A DNA stretch of 64,000 nucleotides from Candidatus Bathyarchaeota archaeon (GCA_963775895.1 CAVZKL010000017.1:32001-96000); one strand, 5' to 3'. Numbered from the stretch's first letter, positions 20,340 through 31,996 are shown. The notes: generated by a model not told the origin, from the letters alone. Translations and numbers: made by a program.

Positions 20340-21544
20340 CTGCCCTTCAACGCGGCTTCTACGCAGTCTTCAAGTCTTCCTACCATGACATCTTTGAATC
20401 GCCTGTAGTAGGCGCATTTGGGTGAGTCGGTCATGCCCACCTTCTGCTTGTACGCGATCCAGCACGGTTCATCTATACAGGTGTCAACCACCAAACGTGC
20501 CCCCGCCTTCTCTATAATTCTCGTGTAACCAATCCTGTCAGCCAGCAATTTGGCAGTAGCAGACGTGCAGACCCAGAATGCGACGCCCTCGTGCACTCTC
20601 TTTCCTTCTAACCTTCGTGCAACATCTGCAATCTGCTTAAGAGTGTAGTGAGGACATCCCAGCTGCACGAAATCTATCTTCCCACTGGTCGTCTGAAGCT
20701 CTTCCTGAGCTTTTTTCAGGTCTCTGTCCGTGACCGTTGCCTTTTCCTTCGGTATGTCGCCGTGGAAGGCTTCTTTCACTGTTGAAGCCTCAACGGTGTA
20801 TCCAGGAATGTAAAACATCGAGATGGCCCCGCTCGTGTTTGACATGGCACAGAAGTTTATCAATTCCTCAGTGCTCGGCGCACTGGTTATCCCTGTCAAC
20901 GCAGGAATTCCGTAACCCACTATCTTCCCCACGTGGTATCCGAGAAGAGTGTAGTCGAACTCGTCTGTCAGTTTTGCTTTCACGTCAAGAAGAAACGTGG
21001 CTTTCCTGTTCTGTTTGATGAGCAATCCGTACTTTGGGACTTTCCCGATGACTCCGGCGGCAAGTGCGCTCTGGGCCGCTTCTCGGTTTGTGTACGCGCC
21101 TATTACCGAGTTCACGAAAGGGGTGGCGCTTGATTCTGAGAAGGCAACGGTTTCGCCGCGAAGGGGAATGTTTTCACACAGGTAAGGTATGCAGCTCCAG
21201 CTGATTATGGCGCCTAACTTCTTGTAGGCTTCCATCACTCTTCGGGCGACTTCAGCTTCGTCTTTTGGGATGTCTTTGAACGTTTTGTGGAAGTACTTCA
21301 AGTCGTAAACTGGGTTTGTGCTCGTGGGCACTTTGCATTTGGCGCCTCCTTCAGCAAGCAGTTCAACCCAGTACAGATCTCCTTCTTGTCCGCTCGCGGC
21401 TGCGTGCGCACGGGTTATGGGAACCATTTTTTCCGAATCGTACGCATCTCCTATCGCAACGAGCATCTCCATGGCATTCTGTGTTCCGATTCCTGATTCG
21501 CCTTTGAGTATTCTCTCCTCGTCTCTTGACAGATGCATACCCAT
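20330..21544 (-). CDS. Aconitase X large catalytic subunit, DUF521
   Basis: TSTNP, SCIPY, ESSATPFVNSVIGAYTNRE, GCPH, DTC and TDSPKCAYY motifs. Confidence 0.88.
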   Translation of the reverse strand: MGMHLSRDEERILKGESGIGTQNAMEMLVAIGDAYDSEKMVPITRAHAAASGQEGDLYWVELLAEGGAKCKVPTSTNPVYDLKYFHKTFKDIPKDEAEVARRVMEAYKKLGAIISWSCIPYLCENIPLRGETVAFSESSATPFVNSVIGAYTNREAAQSALAAGVIGKVPKYGLLIKQNRKATFLLDVKAKLTDEFDYTLLGYHVGKIVGYGIPALTGITSAPSTEELINFCAMSNTSGAISMFYIPGYTVEASTVKEAFHGDIPKEKATVTDRDLKKAQEELQTTSGKIDFVQLGCPHYTLKQIADVARRLEGKRVHEGVAFWVCTSATAKLLADRIGYTRIIEKAGARLVVDTCIDEPCWIAYKQKVGMTDSPKCAYYRRFKDVMVGRLEDCVEAALKGRWR

Positions 21545-21575
21545 TCACCTTTCTAAGGTGGAAACTCCTTGCTGT

Positions 21576-22514
21576 TTAACAAGCGTTTTGCTTTTTTCCT
21601 TCTGTGAACTTCACGACGTTGTCAACGCAGATATCGGAACATCTCGCTTCCGCTTCCACCGTATTGAACGCTATGTGAGGAGAAAGCACAGTGTTTTCAA
21701 GCTTGAACAACGGGTTGTTTTTTGGCGGTGGCTCCTCTTCAAGGACGTCCAACCCTGCGGAACGCAATTTGCCTGACTTCAGCGCTTCAGCCATCGCCTT
21801 TTCGTCTATCACTCTGCCCTGCGAAGTATTGATTATGACCACGCCGTTTTTCATCAGGGCGATTTCTGCTTTTCCAATCATCCGTTCTGTCTCAGGGTTC
21901 AACGTGACGTGCACCGAGATGACGTCGCTTTGTCTGAGCAGAGTCTTCAAGTCAGCATACTTAAACCCTATTTCCTTCGCCCTCTTGAGATTAGGATACT
22001 TGTCGTAGCCGATGACCTCCATCTTCAGCGTCCGGGCTATTTCTGCCACGCGAAGTCCGATTGCTCCAGTGCCTATCAGACCCAAGGTCTTTCCTGCAAG
22101 CTCTCGTCCTTCGAAGTGTCTGTAATCAAATTCACCACTTCTGACATGTTTGTCTGCCAGTGTGATCTTTCTCACTGCTGTTAATAACAAAGCGACTGCA
22201 TACTCTGCAACCGATTCAGTTGCATAGCCTGGCACGTGAGTCACCAGAATCCCTTTTTGCCTTGCGGCTTCAAGGTCAGCGTAATGGCAAGTGGTCGCCC
22301 ATATCGCGATCATTTTCAGTTTTTTCGCAGAATCGATTACGTTCCTCGTCAGATTCGTCCAACCGACTATGACAACGTCTGCGTTAGCTATTCTCTGTTT
22401 GAGCTCATCGGTCGTCTTGGGCGCTTCCTTGAAAACTTCAAGGTCACCTAGTGATTTAAGAATCTTGATATGTTTGTCCTCTAGATGCACGTGGTCTATC
22501 ACAATTATTTTCAT
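21576..22514 (-). CDS. D-isomer-specific 2-hydroxyacid dehydrogenase
   Basis: GKTLGLIGTGAIG, INTSQG, AGLDV..EP and SPHIA motifs. Confidence 0.9.
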   Translation of the reverse strand: MKIIVIDHVHLEDKHIKILKSLGDLEVFKEAPKTTDELKQRIANADVVIVGWTNLTRNVIDSAKKLKMIAIWATTCHYADLEAARQKGILVTHVPGYATESVAEYAVALLLTAVRKITLADKHVRSGEFDYRHFEGRELAGKTLGLIGTGAIGLRVAEIARTLKMEVIGYDKYPNLKRAKEIGFKYADLKTLLRQSDVISVHVTLNPETERMIGKAEIALMKNGVVIINTSQGRVIDEKAMAEALKSGKLRSAGLDVLEEEPPPKNNPLFKLENTVLSPHIAFNTVEAEARCSDICVDNVVKFTEGKKQNAC

Positions 22515-22618
22515 TTTGATTCACTTCGTTAGTGAGATGCGTGTTTACTTAAGTTTTTGCGGCTGAGCTGAATCTCGTCGCGATGCGGCGAACACGGGTG
22601 GAAAGAGAAGGTTGGTCT

Positions 22619-23314
22619 TTACCTGGCTTTTGATTGTACCTTTGACTCCATCAACGTCCACAGCCAGTCCACGAATTCTTTCAAGTTCTTGGTTTGTATG
22701 TAAATGTCCCCGGGGCCGGTGATCTGCGTCACCAAGCCTTCTCCGCCGAGCAGCGTCTCCTTCAATCCTCCGAACTTCGTGACTTTGTAGCTGCAAGTGC
22801 TGGTGAAAGCCACTAGGTGAAAGTTGTCAACGATCATCGTCTGTCCAGCTGCTAGCGTGTGTTTGTCAATTGCTCCGAAAGTGTTTATGAAGAGGCTGCC
22901 GTTTCCTGTTGCTTTGAGCATAAACAGTCCTTGACCGAAGAGTCCTTTCGTGAAGCCTTCCCATTTGACGTCCAGATCGACGTCTCCTGTCGAAGCCACG
23001 AAAGCCGACTTCTGTATCACGTAGCCTTGGTTCGGTTTGACTTCCAAGGTTTCTATGTCTCCAACGGGCGCTGCGACAAAGGCGGCTTCTCCCGATCCTT
23101 GCGAGGCTGTGTATTCGTTTACCCAGAAGGACTGCTTGCCTATTATCGATAGTCCCAGGCTGCCGAGAAGGCTCTTTTCTCTCTTGCGAGTGTGGACCTC
23201 GATGTTGGGGTCCATGTAGGTCATTGATCCTGCCTCTGCGACGATGCTTTCCCCTTGTTCCAATGTGGCGACGAGCATTGAGTAGGATGGCTTGTATTTT
23301 ATTTCGTACTTCAT
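22619..23314 (-). CDS. TIGR00266 / AIM24 family protein
   Basis: AEAGSM, VDNFHLVAF and GGEGLV..TGPG.IYIQT motifs. Confidence 0.85.
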   Translation of the reverse strand: MKYEIKYKPSYSMLVATLEQGESIVAEAGSMTYMDPNIEVHTRKREKSLLGSLGLSIIGKQSFWVNEYTASQGSGEAAFVAAPVGDIETLEVKPNQGYVIQKSAFVASTGDVDLDVKWEGFTKGLFGQGLFMLKATGNGSLFINTFGAIDKHTLAAGQTMIVDNFHLVAFTSTCSYKVTKFGGLKETLLGGEGLVTQITGPGDIYIQTKNLKEFVDWLWTLMESKVQSKAR

Positions 23315-23489
23315 GTGGTTCCCTGATTTGAGAAGTGTGTGTGAATGTTATTTTTGATTTGCGCACAAAACCGAAGGACAAGAGAAAAGGTGTGTTTGTG
23401 TCTTCGATGTGCAATTTGTTTTTCATAAGGCTTTTATATGTGATGACTTGTGGTTATGAGTAATTGTATTCAAAGACTAAGGTGCTTGC

Positions 23490-23729
23490 ATGGAGCCTAG
23501 CAAGAAGCCACTCAACGTGCTTATCAAACAATTGAACGCTGGAATCGCGGTCGTGCTCAAGAACGGCGGTGAGTATAAGGGCAAGATGGTCAAGTGCGAC
23601 GGGCACATGAACATACTCTTGGAAGGAGCGACTGAGTCCAAAGACGATCAGTTGATAACCAACTATGGAAGCGTCCTGCTGAGAGGCAACAACGTCCTCT
23701 ACATAATGCTGGACGTGCCTACAAGATAA
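23490..23729 (+). CDS. Sm-like (Lsm/SmAP) protein
   Basis: Sm1 motif VLKNG.EYKG...DGHMNILL and Sm2 motif LLRGNNV. Confidence 0.9.
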   Translation: MEPSKKPLNVLIKQLNAGIAVVLKNGGEYKGKMVKCDGHMNILLEGATESKDDQLITNYGSVLLRGNNVLYIMLDVPTR

Positions 23730-24625
23730 GCGCCCTGTCCTCTCCAACAACGTATTTCAAACTTTCTTCGAGCCCAACGTGCAGTTTGTGCTTTCTTTCA
23801 AAATACTGAAGGACGTTCTGAACGTCTCGTTTCAGCATTTCTCTAGCGTTTGGATGCTCTCTTGTGACAAACTGTGGCCAGTCTATTATCAAAATGTGTT
23901 TATTCGGCTGAAGTATTATGTTGTATTCACTGAGATCTCCATGAATCACTCCTGCTTTCAAGAATGCTTTTCTAACGTTCCGCAAGATCTCTTTCAGGAT
24001 CTTCTCCGGTTTCGAGAGTCTCTTCCAGTTTGCCAGTTCAGCGCCTTCAATCATTCCCATCACTACCACGTGTCGATTCTGACTGAAGGGCTCTGGCACG
24101 GCGATTTTGAAGGGAAAAAGAAGCCTTAAGGCTTGGAACTCCCTTTCAGCAGCAAGTCGGGACTGGTAGAGCCACCCTGCACTGTGCTGAGCAGTGTAGC
24201 CTCTCTTTCGAATAGTCTGCCGAAAGCTGATCCTTCCCAGTCTGTGAAATTTGACGGCTATGCGTTCTCCCTTCGGGTTCAAAGCATCATAAGACATCTG
24301 CTTCTTTTCCCACGCCCAGAGGCTTGCCGAACGCTTCAAGCACTCCAGACTTAACTAGAGCGTTGATGGCGAGACAATCGTACCCAGCATAGTTCATCGT
24401 GTAGCCTACGTAAGAGCCGCTCATGCGGTAGATCAGACCGAGTTTGTTCAACCTGCTCAGCCTAAAATCTGTGTCCCGGTCGAGATGGAACTTCGTGAAC
24501 CTGGATATCTGTTCTTTAGGCACGTATTCGTGTTGGCTCATCAGAGTCTCGATTGCTTGAAGTACTCGAAGGTCTTCGTTTTGAAGTTCCCGATAGACCT
24601 TGACCGCAACTTCTGCTGAAGACAT
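23719..24625 (-). CDS. rio2: Rio2 serine/threonine kinase (frameshift near 24295)
   Basis: N-terminal winged helix with GYD.LA, GVGKEADV, KFHRLGRISF, HGDLSEYN and IDWPQ motifs. Confidence 0.9.
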
Positions 24626-24743
24626 GTCACACTGGATTAGAAGCATTTCAACTAATAAGTCTCATCGAAACGTATTGTCACGAATTTCGCGAGTTTGCGC
24701 AAGCCAACCTATTGTTCCAAGACGAAAATTGGATATCCGTAGA

Positions 24744-25677
24744 CTACTTGTTCTGTTCGATTGCTTCGGCGACTATTAGATAGAAAGACGCGAGTCCCTT
24801 CCACTTTCCCCATCTCTCGGAGATTTTGCGAGCCTGTTCTCCTGTTATCTTCTTATCGTTGCAGTAGAAGTGAGAGATCACTCTTCTGAGTCCCAAGTCG
24901 TCAGCGGGAATCGCTTCATACTTCTGCATGCCTCTAACTATCGTCAGTTCAGCCGTCCAAACTCCTATGCCTCTTATCTCGTCAAGTTCCTTGATGATTT
25001 TCTCGACGTCGTTGTACTGTTTGAAAGCTTCGAGGTCCAACTTTCCATCAGCAACCATTTTGGAAATATCCCTGATGTACTCGGATTTCTTTGCGGACAA
25101 ACCGCATTTTCGCAGTTCTTCAATGGATGCCTCTGCAAGCTGTTTCGGTGTCGGATAAGCGAAGTAGACTCTGGAATCCAAGCGCAAGAAGTCGCCGAAC
25201 TTTTTGATAAGATTCGTTTGCAGAACGTGGGCGACGTTTAATGAAATCTGCTGTTCGATTATTGAATCGATGAGCGCTTCGAAAACGGTAACTGCCGAGG
25301 GAACCTTGAGTCCATTCAATCTCGTGGCAATTTCAGCCAGGATTTCTTCTTTTCTGATATCTGCGTAGAAAGGTCGAAGATCAAAATTAGCGTTCTACGA
25401 GGGAGCTAGCCAATTGACTGATTCTTTGTTCATCGACATCGTTGAGGATTCCGTTTGATTGCAGCTCTAACGAGACTGTCGGCCTTGCGACCGTTCCAGA
25501 AGCCTTGATGGTAACGAGAGTTAGTTTGTCATCAGTTCTAATTACCTGCCAGAATTTTCCTCCCTCGTATCTGCGAATCTGTCTGTCTCCGTCTGAGAAA
25601 AGACTGAAACTCAGACCAAAATCAAACGGAGGCACACATTTCACGGTCAGCGTTCTAATCAAATGCTTCACTCCCAT
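24744..25677 (-). CDS. alkA: DNA-3-methyladenine glycosylase II (AlkA/HhH-GPD), frameshifted
   Basis: PPFDF N-terminal domain; FEALIDSIIEQQIS and IRGIGVWTAE..PADDLGLRR motifs. Confidence 0.85.
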
Positions 25678-25785
25678 TCGAAAGATGGTTGCATAACCAT
25701 CTGATTTACACACTAAAACACTTTCTGAGTGACGAGTGCAGAAAAACATAAGTTGCGAATCAAACTGCTCTAGTTCTGGAAATTC

Positions 25786-26623
25786 ATGGACTCCGATTTC
25801 AGAATAGTCCTTCTCGGAACGGGCGGCGGCCGTTTTGTCACGATGACTCAGAAGAGACGCACCGCGGGAATCAGGATAATGGGTAAGGGTCTAAACCTCC
25901 ACCTGGACCCCGGACCGGGAGCTCTTGTACATTCAATAGAGCAAGGGTTGAACCCGCAACGTCTGAACGCTGTACTGGTTTCACACTGCCACCCTGATCA
26001 TTACACTGACGCGGAAATACTCATTGAAGCCATGACGCACGGAATGACTCGCAGACAAGGACTCTTAGCTGCGCCCAAGAGCGTCTTGGAAGGAAGTGAT
26101 GTGTGTGACGCCTCTATTTCAAAGTACCATCAACAGATGGTAGAGCGGAAGATAGAGGTTGCTCCAGGCTCAGAATTCACAATGGACAACATCAGCGTTC
26201 TGACAACGCATGCTAAACATACTGATCCCGGTGCCGTCGGTTTCAGGTTCGTGACTGCATTTGGAGATTTTGCTTACACAAGTGATTCCGAATATTACGA
26301 GGGCTATAGTCAAATATTATCAAGGCGTCCGTCTGCTCTTCCTCTGTGTCATGCGTCCTTCTGGAAAACCGTGGAAAGGGCACATGTCAACCGATGATGC
26401 AATAAGAATTCTCGACGTGGTGCGTCCTGAACTTGCCGTGATGACTCATCTTGGCATGAGTATGCTTCGACAGGGGCCTGAAAAGGAAGCTGAAAAGATT
26501 CAAGAGGTGACGGGTGTCCGGACGATTGCGGCGGTAGATGGCATGGTGCTGCTGTTCGGCGCGAGCATAGGGGTTCAAGCCCAAAGAAAACCAGACTCGA
26601 GCAATCTGACGAATTTTATGTGA
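25786..26623 (+). CDS. MBL-fold metallo-hydrolase (frameshifted)
   Basis: LGTGGGR, DPGPG, SHCHPDH, YTSD and GHM..VMTH motifs. Confidence 0.85.
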
Positions 26624-26673
26624 AGGATATTTAACTAACCATCTTGTATAGCTGGTTCAAGGATGCAAGCTTC

Positions 26674-27348
26674 ATGCGTGTCGTACTCAGAATAGGCGGA
26701 TCAGTGATTGCCACGCCAATCAACCCCGAACTGATCGAGAAATACTCCGCGCTACTGATTGGCCTGAGAGGAGAAAAGCACGAGTTAGCCGTCGTCGTTG
26801 GAGGCGGCAAACTGGCAAGAGAGCTGATCTTGGTTGGCAAACAGATCGGCTTAGATGAGTCAGCGCAAGACCGCATTGCAATATCGGTTTCAAGGGTTTT
26901 TGCCCAGCTTTTTATGGAAAAACTCGGTGAGGCAGGGTGTGGAGTGATTCCGACGACCGTGGAAGAAGCTGCGGATTATTTGGCCAAAGGAAAAGTGGTG
27001 GTCATGGGAGGACTCATGCCCGGAATGACGACGGATAGTGTCGCAGCTTTGGTGGCTGAAAAAGTGAAAGCAGGATTAGTTTTGAAAGCCACCGATCAAG
27101 ACGGCGTGTACGACAAGGATCCGAAAATCTACCCTGACGCCGTGAAACTAGATCATTTGAGCTTTGATAATTTGTCGAGTGTTTTCTCGGAGGACAAGCA
27201 CAAGGCTGGTATCCATCAGATTCTGGATCCAGAAGCTATTAGAATTCTGATGCGGCACCGCGTCAAAGTCGTGGTTGTAAACGGCTTCAAGCTCGACAAC
27301 GTTTTAGCAGCTGTCAACGGGAGCGATATTGGAACTGTGATTGAATAG
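26674..27348 (+). CDS. pyrH: Uridylate kinase
   Basis: IGGSV, VVGGG, GGLMPGMTTD and DGVYDKDPK motifs. Confidence 0.9.
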   Translation: MRVVLRIGGSVIATPINPELIEKYSALLIGLRGEKHELAVVVGGGKLARELILVGKQIGLDESAQDRIAISVSRVFAQLFMEKLGEAGCGVIPTTVEEAADYLAKGKVVVMGGLMPGMTTDSVAALVAEKVKAGLVLKATDQDGVYDKDPKIYPDAVKLDHLSFDNLSSVFSEDKHKAGIHQILDPEAIRILMRHRVKVVVVNGFKLDNVLAAVNGSDIGTVIE

Positions 27349-27375
27349 GCGGGTTCACTCTTTTTGTCCGATATG

Positions 27376-27419
27376 TTTAAATATCACCATTGATATCGAC
27401 GGCGATATCAACAGTGATA
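27376..27419 (+). promoter_or_regulatory. TATA box plus palindromic operator, probably bound by the adjacent PadR
   Basis: TTTAAATA followed by TATCAC-CA-TTGATATCG-ACGG-CGATATCAA-CA-GTGATA, ending just before the ATG. Confidence 0.7.
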
Positions 27420-27423
27420 AAAA

Positions 27424-27978
27424 ATGCGCGAGCAACAAGGACATTGGATGAAACATACGGCAATGGTGCCTAAGGGGTTCATACGCTATCACGTTCTTGA
27501 GTCCCTGGCGGAGAAGCCAATGTCTGGTTCTGAGATAATGGATGATATTCAGAGGAGGGCCAATGGACGGTGGAAACCCAGTCCGGGTTCTGTCTATCCG
27601 CTCCTAGCTTTGTTGCAGGAAAATGACTACTTGAAAGAACTGCCGACAGACCAAAATGGTCTAAAAAGATACGAGCTTACAGAAAAGGGGAAGAAGTTTC
27701 TCGACGAGCAAAGAAAGATCAGAAAGCAGTTAAGAAAACAAGCGAAGTTGTTCACTCCTCCTTTTCTGGGCGCATTGTGGTTCAGAATACCTCCCGAAAA
27801 AACGGTCCATGTCAGAGACTCCATGCACAGGTTGATGTCGGCATTCTTTGAGCTCGGAGCAAGCTTGGAGGAGAAATTCTCTGAAGAAGTTCTGGAGCAG
27901 GCTCGCGAAGTTTTGGATGAAACTTCAGAAAAACTAGAAAAAATAAACAAAAAACTCAAGGTGAAGAAAAATGAGTGA
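27424..27978 (+). CDS. PadR family transcriptional regulator
   Basis: WKPSPGSVYPLL and YELTEKG motifs. Confidence 0.9.
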   Translation: MREQQGHWMKHTAMVPKGFIRYHVLESLAEKPMSGSEIMDDIQRRANGRWKPSPGSVYPLLALLQENDYLKELPTDQNGLKRYELTEKGKKFLDEQRKIRKQLRKQAKLFTPPFLGALWFRIPPEKTVHVRDSMHRLMSAFFELGASLEEKFSEEVLEQAREVLDETSEKLEKINKKLKVKKNE

Positions 27979-28973
27979 AGATATAATAAAAGCTGAAGGA
28001 CTGACAAAAGTCTTCAACAGTCACCTGGTGGCTGTTGACCACGTCAACTTCAGCGTTAAACATGGTGAAATATTCGGTTTTCTGGGCCCCAACGGCGCCG
28101 GCAAAACGACTACGATCAACATGCTGATTACTATCCTGAAACCAACCGAAGGCAAAGCTTCTGTCCTGGGTTTTGACATATCAAAACAGAACATCGAAGT
28201 CAGAAACGTCATCGGGGTGGTCCCGCAGGAATACACTGCTGACGAAGACTTGACAGCTACGGAGAACATCCTCTTGTGCGCTGATTTGTACGGTATTCCG
28301 CGCAATGTCGCGAAAGACCGTGCAATGGATCTGTTGAAGTTAGTTGAACTGACCGAATTCAAGGACAAAAGGGTCCAGACATTTTCAGGCGGAATGCGTC
28401 GTCGACTTGAACTTGCGTGTGGTCTGATCAACAGGCCGAAGATGCTTTTCCTGGACGAACCCACGCTGGGTCTTGACGTACAGACTAGGACTGCAACTTG
28501 GAACTACATTAGAAAGCTGAAGAACGAGTATGGAATGACTCTGTTCATGACAACCCATTATCTTGAAGAAGCTGACGCGCTCTGCGATCGCATTGCAATA
28601 ATCGATCACGGGAAAATAGTTGTCGTAGGTCCTCCGGAAGAACTGAAGCACAACCTCGGCGGCGATTTGATAACCCTTTCAATTAAGGAAAATGAAGACG
28701 TGAGCGAATTGATCAAGAAAGTTGAAAACGTCAAAGAGGTCCGCAAAGAAAATGGATCCTATCGCATCAAAGCCGAACTTGGCGAAATAACCACACCTTT
28801 CATAATTGAATCTCTGCGGAAGAAAGGCTACAGTGTAACGAAGCTTTCTCTTGACGGAGCCTACTCTGAACGAAGTTTACCTCGAATACACGGGCAAGTC
28901 TATGCGCGACGCGGAAGAGTCTAGAGAAGCCTTTGCTTCGCAAAGAATGACTATGAGGAGGGCTCGACAGTGA
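27971..28973 (+). CDS. ABC-2 (DrrA-like) ATP-binding protein (C-terminal frameshift)
   Basis: GPNGAGKTT, FSGGM, LDEPT and THY motifs. Confidence 0.9.
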
Positions 28974-29890
28974 GCGAAACAAACGGCAATTCAAAGAACA
29001 AAATGCACGGTCTCTGGGCCTTGACGAACAGAGAGCTCAAGAAATGGTACAAAGCCCCCGTAATATTCATACTCTCTATAATTCAGCCGATTCTTTGGAT
29101 GGGTCTGCTCGGAAAAGCTATGAACATCGGTGCTATTTTCTCAAGCGGTTCACTGGAGCAACTAATGAGCAAATTAGTTTTGACCCCACCTCTGACCCAA
29201 ACGCAAACTCAACAATTCGGTGTGTTCTTTCAAGGTCTGCAGACAAGTATCATCCAGAATACGTTCCATACGAGTGATTACTTTTCCTTTATGGCTGTTG
29301 GTATGATTGCCTTCACAGCCCTCTTCACAACGGCATTCAGCGGCATGTCAGTGGTTTGGGACAGACGCTTAGGCTTCCTGAACAAGGCTCTTAGTACACC
29401 CGTGTCAAGAGGGGTCATAATTTTCTCCAAAGTTCTTTCTGCAACTCTGCGGTCGATGTTCCAAGCAGGCGTAATAATACTCATCGCCATTGCATTCGGT
29501 CTTCAATTTGGAGCCAGTTTCAATCCGGTCTACGTACTCGGCGTATTCGCAATTCTGTTCCTAATCTGCGTCGGTTTGTCTTCAATGTTCATCGCGATTA
29601 CAATTAGATCGACAAGGATAGAAACTCCGATGGCCGTTATGAACCTGGTAACCTTGCCTCTGATGTTTGCCAGCAATGCGTTCTTCCCGACCAGCATAAT
29701 GCCTTCCTGGCTTCAGACAGTTGCACAGGTTAACCCTATGACGTACACTACAGAAGCAGTGAGAGAGCTCTTGATATACAACACTACTGATTTCGTGGTG
29801 GTTGCGAAGGACTTCGCGTTCGTAGGAGTGTTTGCGGTGATAGTCGCAATGATTGGCATACTGCTCTCGTGGAGATTTCTGAACAAATAG
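28970..29890 (+). CDS. ABC-2 permease
   Basis: Multi-TM protein with WDRRLGFL and NPMTY motifs. Confidence 0.88.
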   Translation: MSETNGNSKNKMHGLWALTNRELKKWYKAPVIFILSIIQPILWMGLLGKAMNIGAIFSSGSLEQLMSKLVLTPPLTQTQTQQFGVFFQGLQTSIIQNTFHTSDYFSFMAVGMIAFTALFTTAFSGMSVVWDRRLGFLNKALSTPVSRGVIIFSKVLSATLRSMFQAGVIILIAIAFGLQFGASFNPVYVLGVFAILFLICVGLSSMFIAITIRSTRIETPMAVMNLVTLPLMFASNAFFPTSIMPSWLQTVAQVNPMTYTTEAVRELLIYNTTDFVVVAKDFAFVGVFAVIVAMIGILLSWRFLNK

Positions 29891-29915
29891 GCAGGCAGCG
29901 AACAAAACAAAGCGG

Positions 29916-30608
29916 GTGATCTATTTGCCAACGATTGTTGAAGCGGTGAATCTTCAGAAGACGTACTTGCTCGGAAAAGTCCCTGTCAACGCACTTCGAG
30001 GCGTCAACCTGAAAGTTGAGGATGGCGATTTCCTTGCCATCCTAGGCCCATCTGGAAGCGGCAAATCGACATTGCTTAACCTGATCGGAGCTCTGGATAA
30101 GCCAACTTCGGGGAAAATGATCATAGAGGGCGTTGACATCTCAACACTTAATGACAATCAACTGACAGACCTCCGACGTCGAGTCGGTTTCGTTTTCCAG
30201 TTTTTCAATCTCATTCCACGCTTTTCAGCGAGAGAAAACGTTGAACTCTCATTATCGATATCAGACATAAGTAGATCTGAAAGAAGAAAAAGAGCAGAAG
30301 ACCTTCTTGCAACCGTAGGCTTGAAAGACCGAATGGCTCATAAGCCCGCCGAACTGAGCGGCGGCGAACAACAACGCGTTGCCATTGCGAGAGCCTTGGC
30401 AAACAATCCTCGATTTCTACTGATGGATGAACCCACCGGGAACATAGACTCCAAGACCGCGAATGAAATCATTGGACTGATCAAGGTTCTAAATGAAGAG
30501 AAGCACGTTACAGCAATCATGGTTACTCATGATCAGCGTTTGGCCGCTCAGTCAAAGAAGACAGTGCTGATGCTTGACGGTTTAATCGTTCAAGAAACGG
30601 TGAACTGA
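29916..30608 (+). CDS. ABC ATP-binding protein (LolD/MacB type)
   Basis: GPSGSGKST, LSGGEQQR and DEPTGN motifs. Confidence 0.9.
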   Translation: MIYLPTIVEAVNLQKTYLLGKVPVNALRGVNLKVEDGDFLAILGPSGSGKSTLLNLIGALDKPTSGKMIIEGVDISTLNDNQLTDLRRRVGFVFQFFNLIPRFSARENVELSLSISDISRSERRKRAEDLLATVGLKDRMAHKPAELSGGEQQRVAIARALANNPRFLLMDEPTGNIDSKTANEIIGLIKVLNEEKHVTAIMVTHDQRLAAQSKKTVLMLDGLIVQETVN

Positions 30609-30609
30609 C

Positions 30610-31900
30610 ATGAAAGCCCGAGACATTCTTTCCTATTCATTCAGCGCAATAAGACTGAGAAAACTTCGCGCAGGCTTAACGACCTTAGGCGTGGTGATCG
30701 GCATAGCCGCAATCGTCGCCCTTCTCTCAATCAGTCAAGGACTGCAAAGCACCATAACGGCGCAACTTCAAAGAGGATTCGCAACCGACACGTTGATTGT
30801 CACCGCAGGGGAGGAGGCTTAGGCGTCGGAGGAGGTCTAGGCGGGGGCGGAGACACTGGTTTCAAGTTGTTCGTCAGCGACGCGCAGACAATCAGAGGAT
30901 TGCAGAACGTTGACATAGCCGTAGCGGTAATTGAAAGAGTTGGCAACGTCACGGTCGGCGGAAAAAACGAGCTCGTCACGATAGTTGGCGTTGATTTTGC
31001 TCAGTATAGCCAAATTTACGGTGACACTTTTGTAGCTGACAGGGGAACGATTCCCGCAAACCCTGATAATAATACAGTTGTGGTGGGAAAGCGCGTCGTT
31101 GACCCTAGACTGAATGGGACAACGCTCGCAGATGCGAACGATCCGATCGTCATAACCTGGATTAACGCGACCGCACGTCCACCCACAACTGTGACTCTAG
31201 ATAGGAACATTACTAGTATTCTTAAGCAGATAGGGTCTTTCGGCGTGGGAGGTCCATCAGATTCTGGCGTTTACATTCCGATCAACCAAGCTGAAACGCT
31301 TTTTGGGACGAATGAATGTGACACGATAATTGTGAAGTTGAAAAGCAGTGATCAAACGGTCATCGATGACACGTCCAAATCCATCAAGGACGCCTTCAAT
31401 GGTGAAGTATCAGTGCTGTCTGCCACGGCAGTCCTTAACATTATTTCCAGCATTTTCTCCGTCATAACGCTCTTCTTGGGCGGCATTGCTGCAATTTCGC
31501 TCATCGTGGCCGGCGTGGGCATAATGAACATCATGATAGTCTCGTTAATGGAACGCACAAGAGAGATAGGCATTCTCAAGGCTTTGGGAACGAAGAGTCG
31601 AACCGTCCTCCTGATTTTCCTCAGCGAAGCAGTGATCATCGGTTTCTTGGGCGGCGCAATAGGCGTGGGATTAGGCTGGGTTCTAGCAAACGTCGTTGCA
31701 GTAATCTTCAGGGGAAACGGAGGCATCATGGGAAACCAGACAGCCAGAGGAGGACAGGAATGACGATAACCCCAATCCTAACACCAACGGTGCTCTTTGG
31801 CGCCATAGCCTTTGGCATAGGCGTCAGCGTAGTCTTTGCGCTTTATCCAGCTTGGCGAGCCTCGAAACTCAAACCTGTGGACGCGTTGAGGTACGAATAA
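30610..31900 (+). CDS. ABC permease, MacB/FtsX family (two frameshifts)
   Basis: LTTLGVVIGI, ERTREIGILKALG and C-terminal YPAWRASKLKPVDALRYE*. Confidence 0.88.
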
Positions 31901-31996
31901 ACTCTTTTCTTTGGACGGTTACAGCTCTGCGCGCATCAAAGCTTAAGCTTGAGTATGGCAAAATCTTAGACAACGCTTAGCGCAGGTGTTATTACT

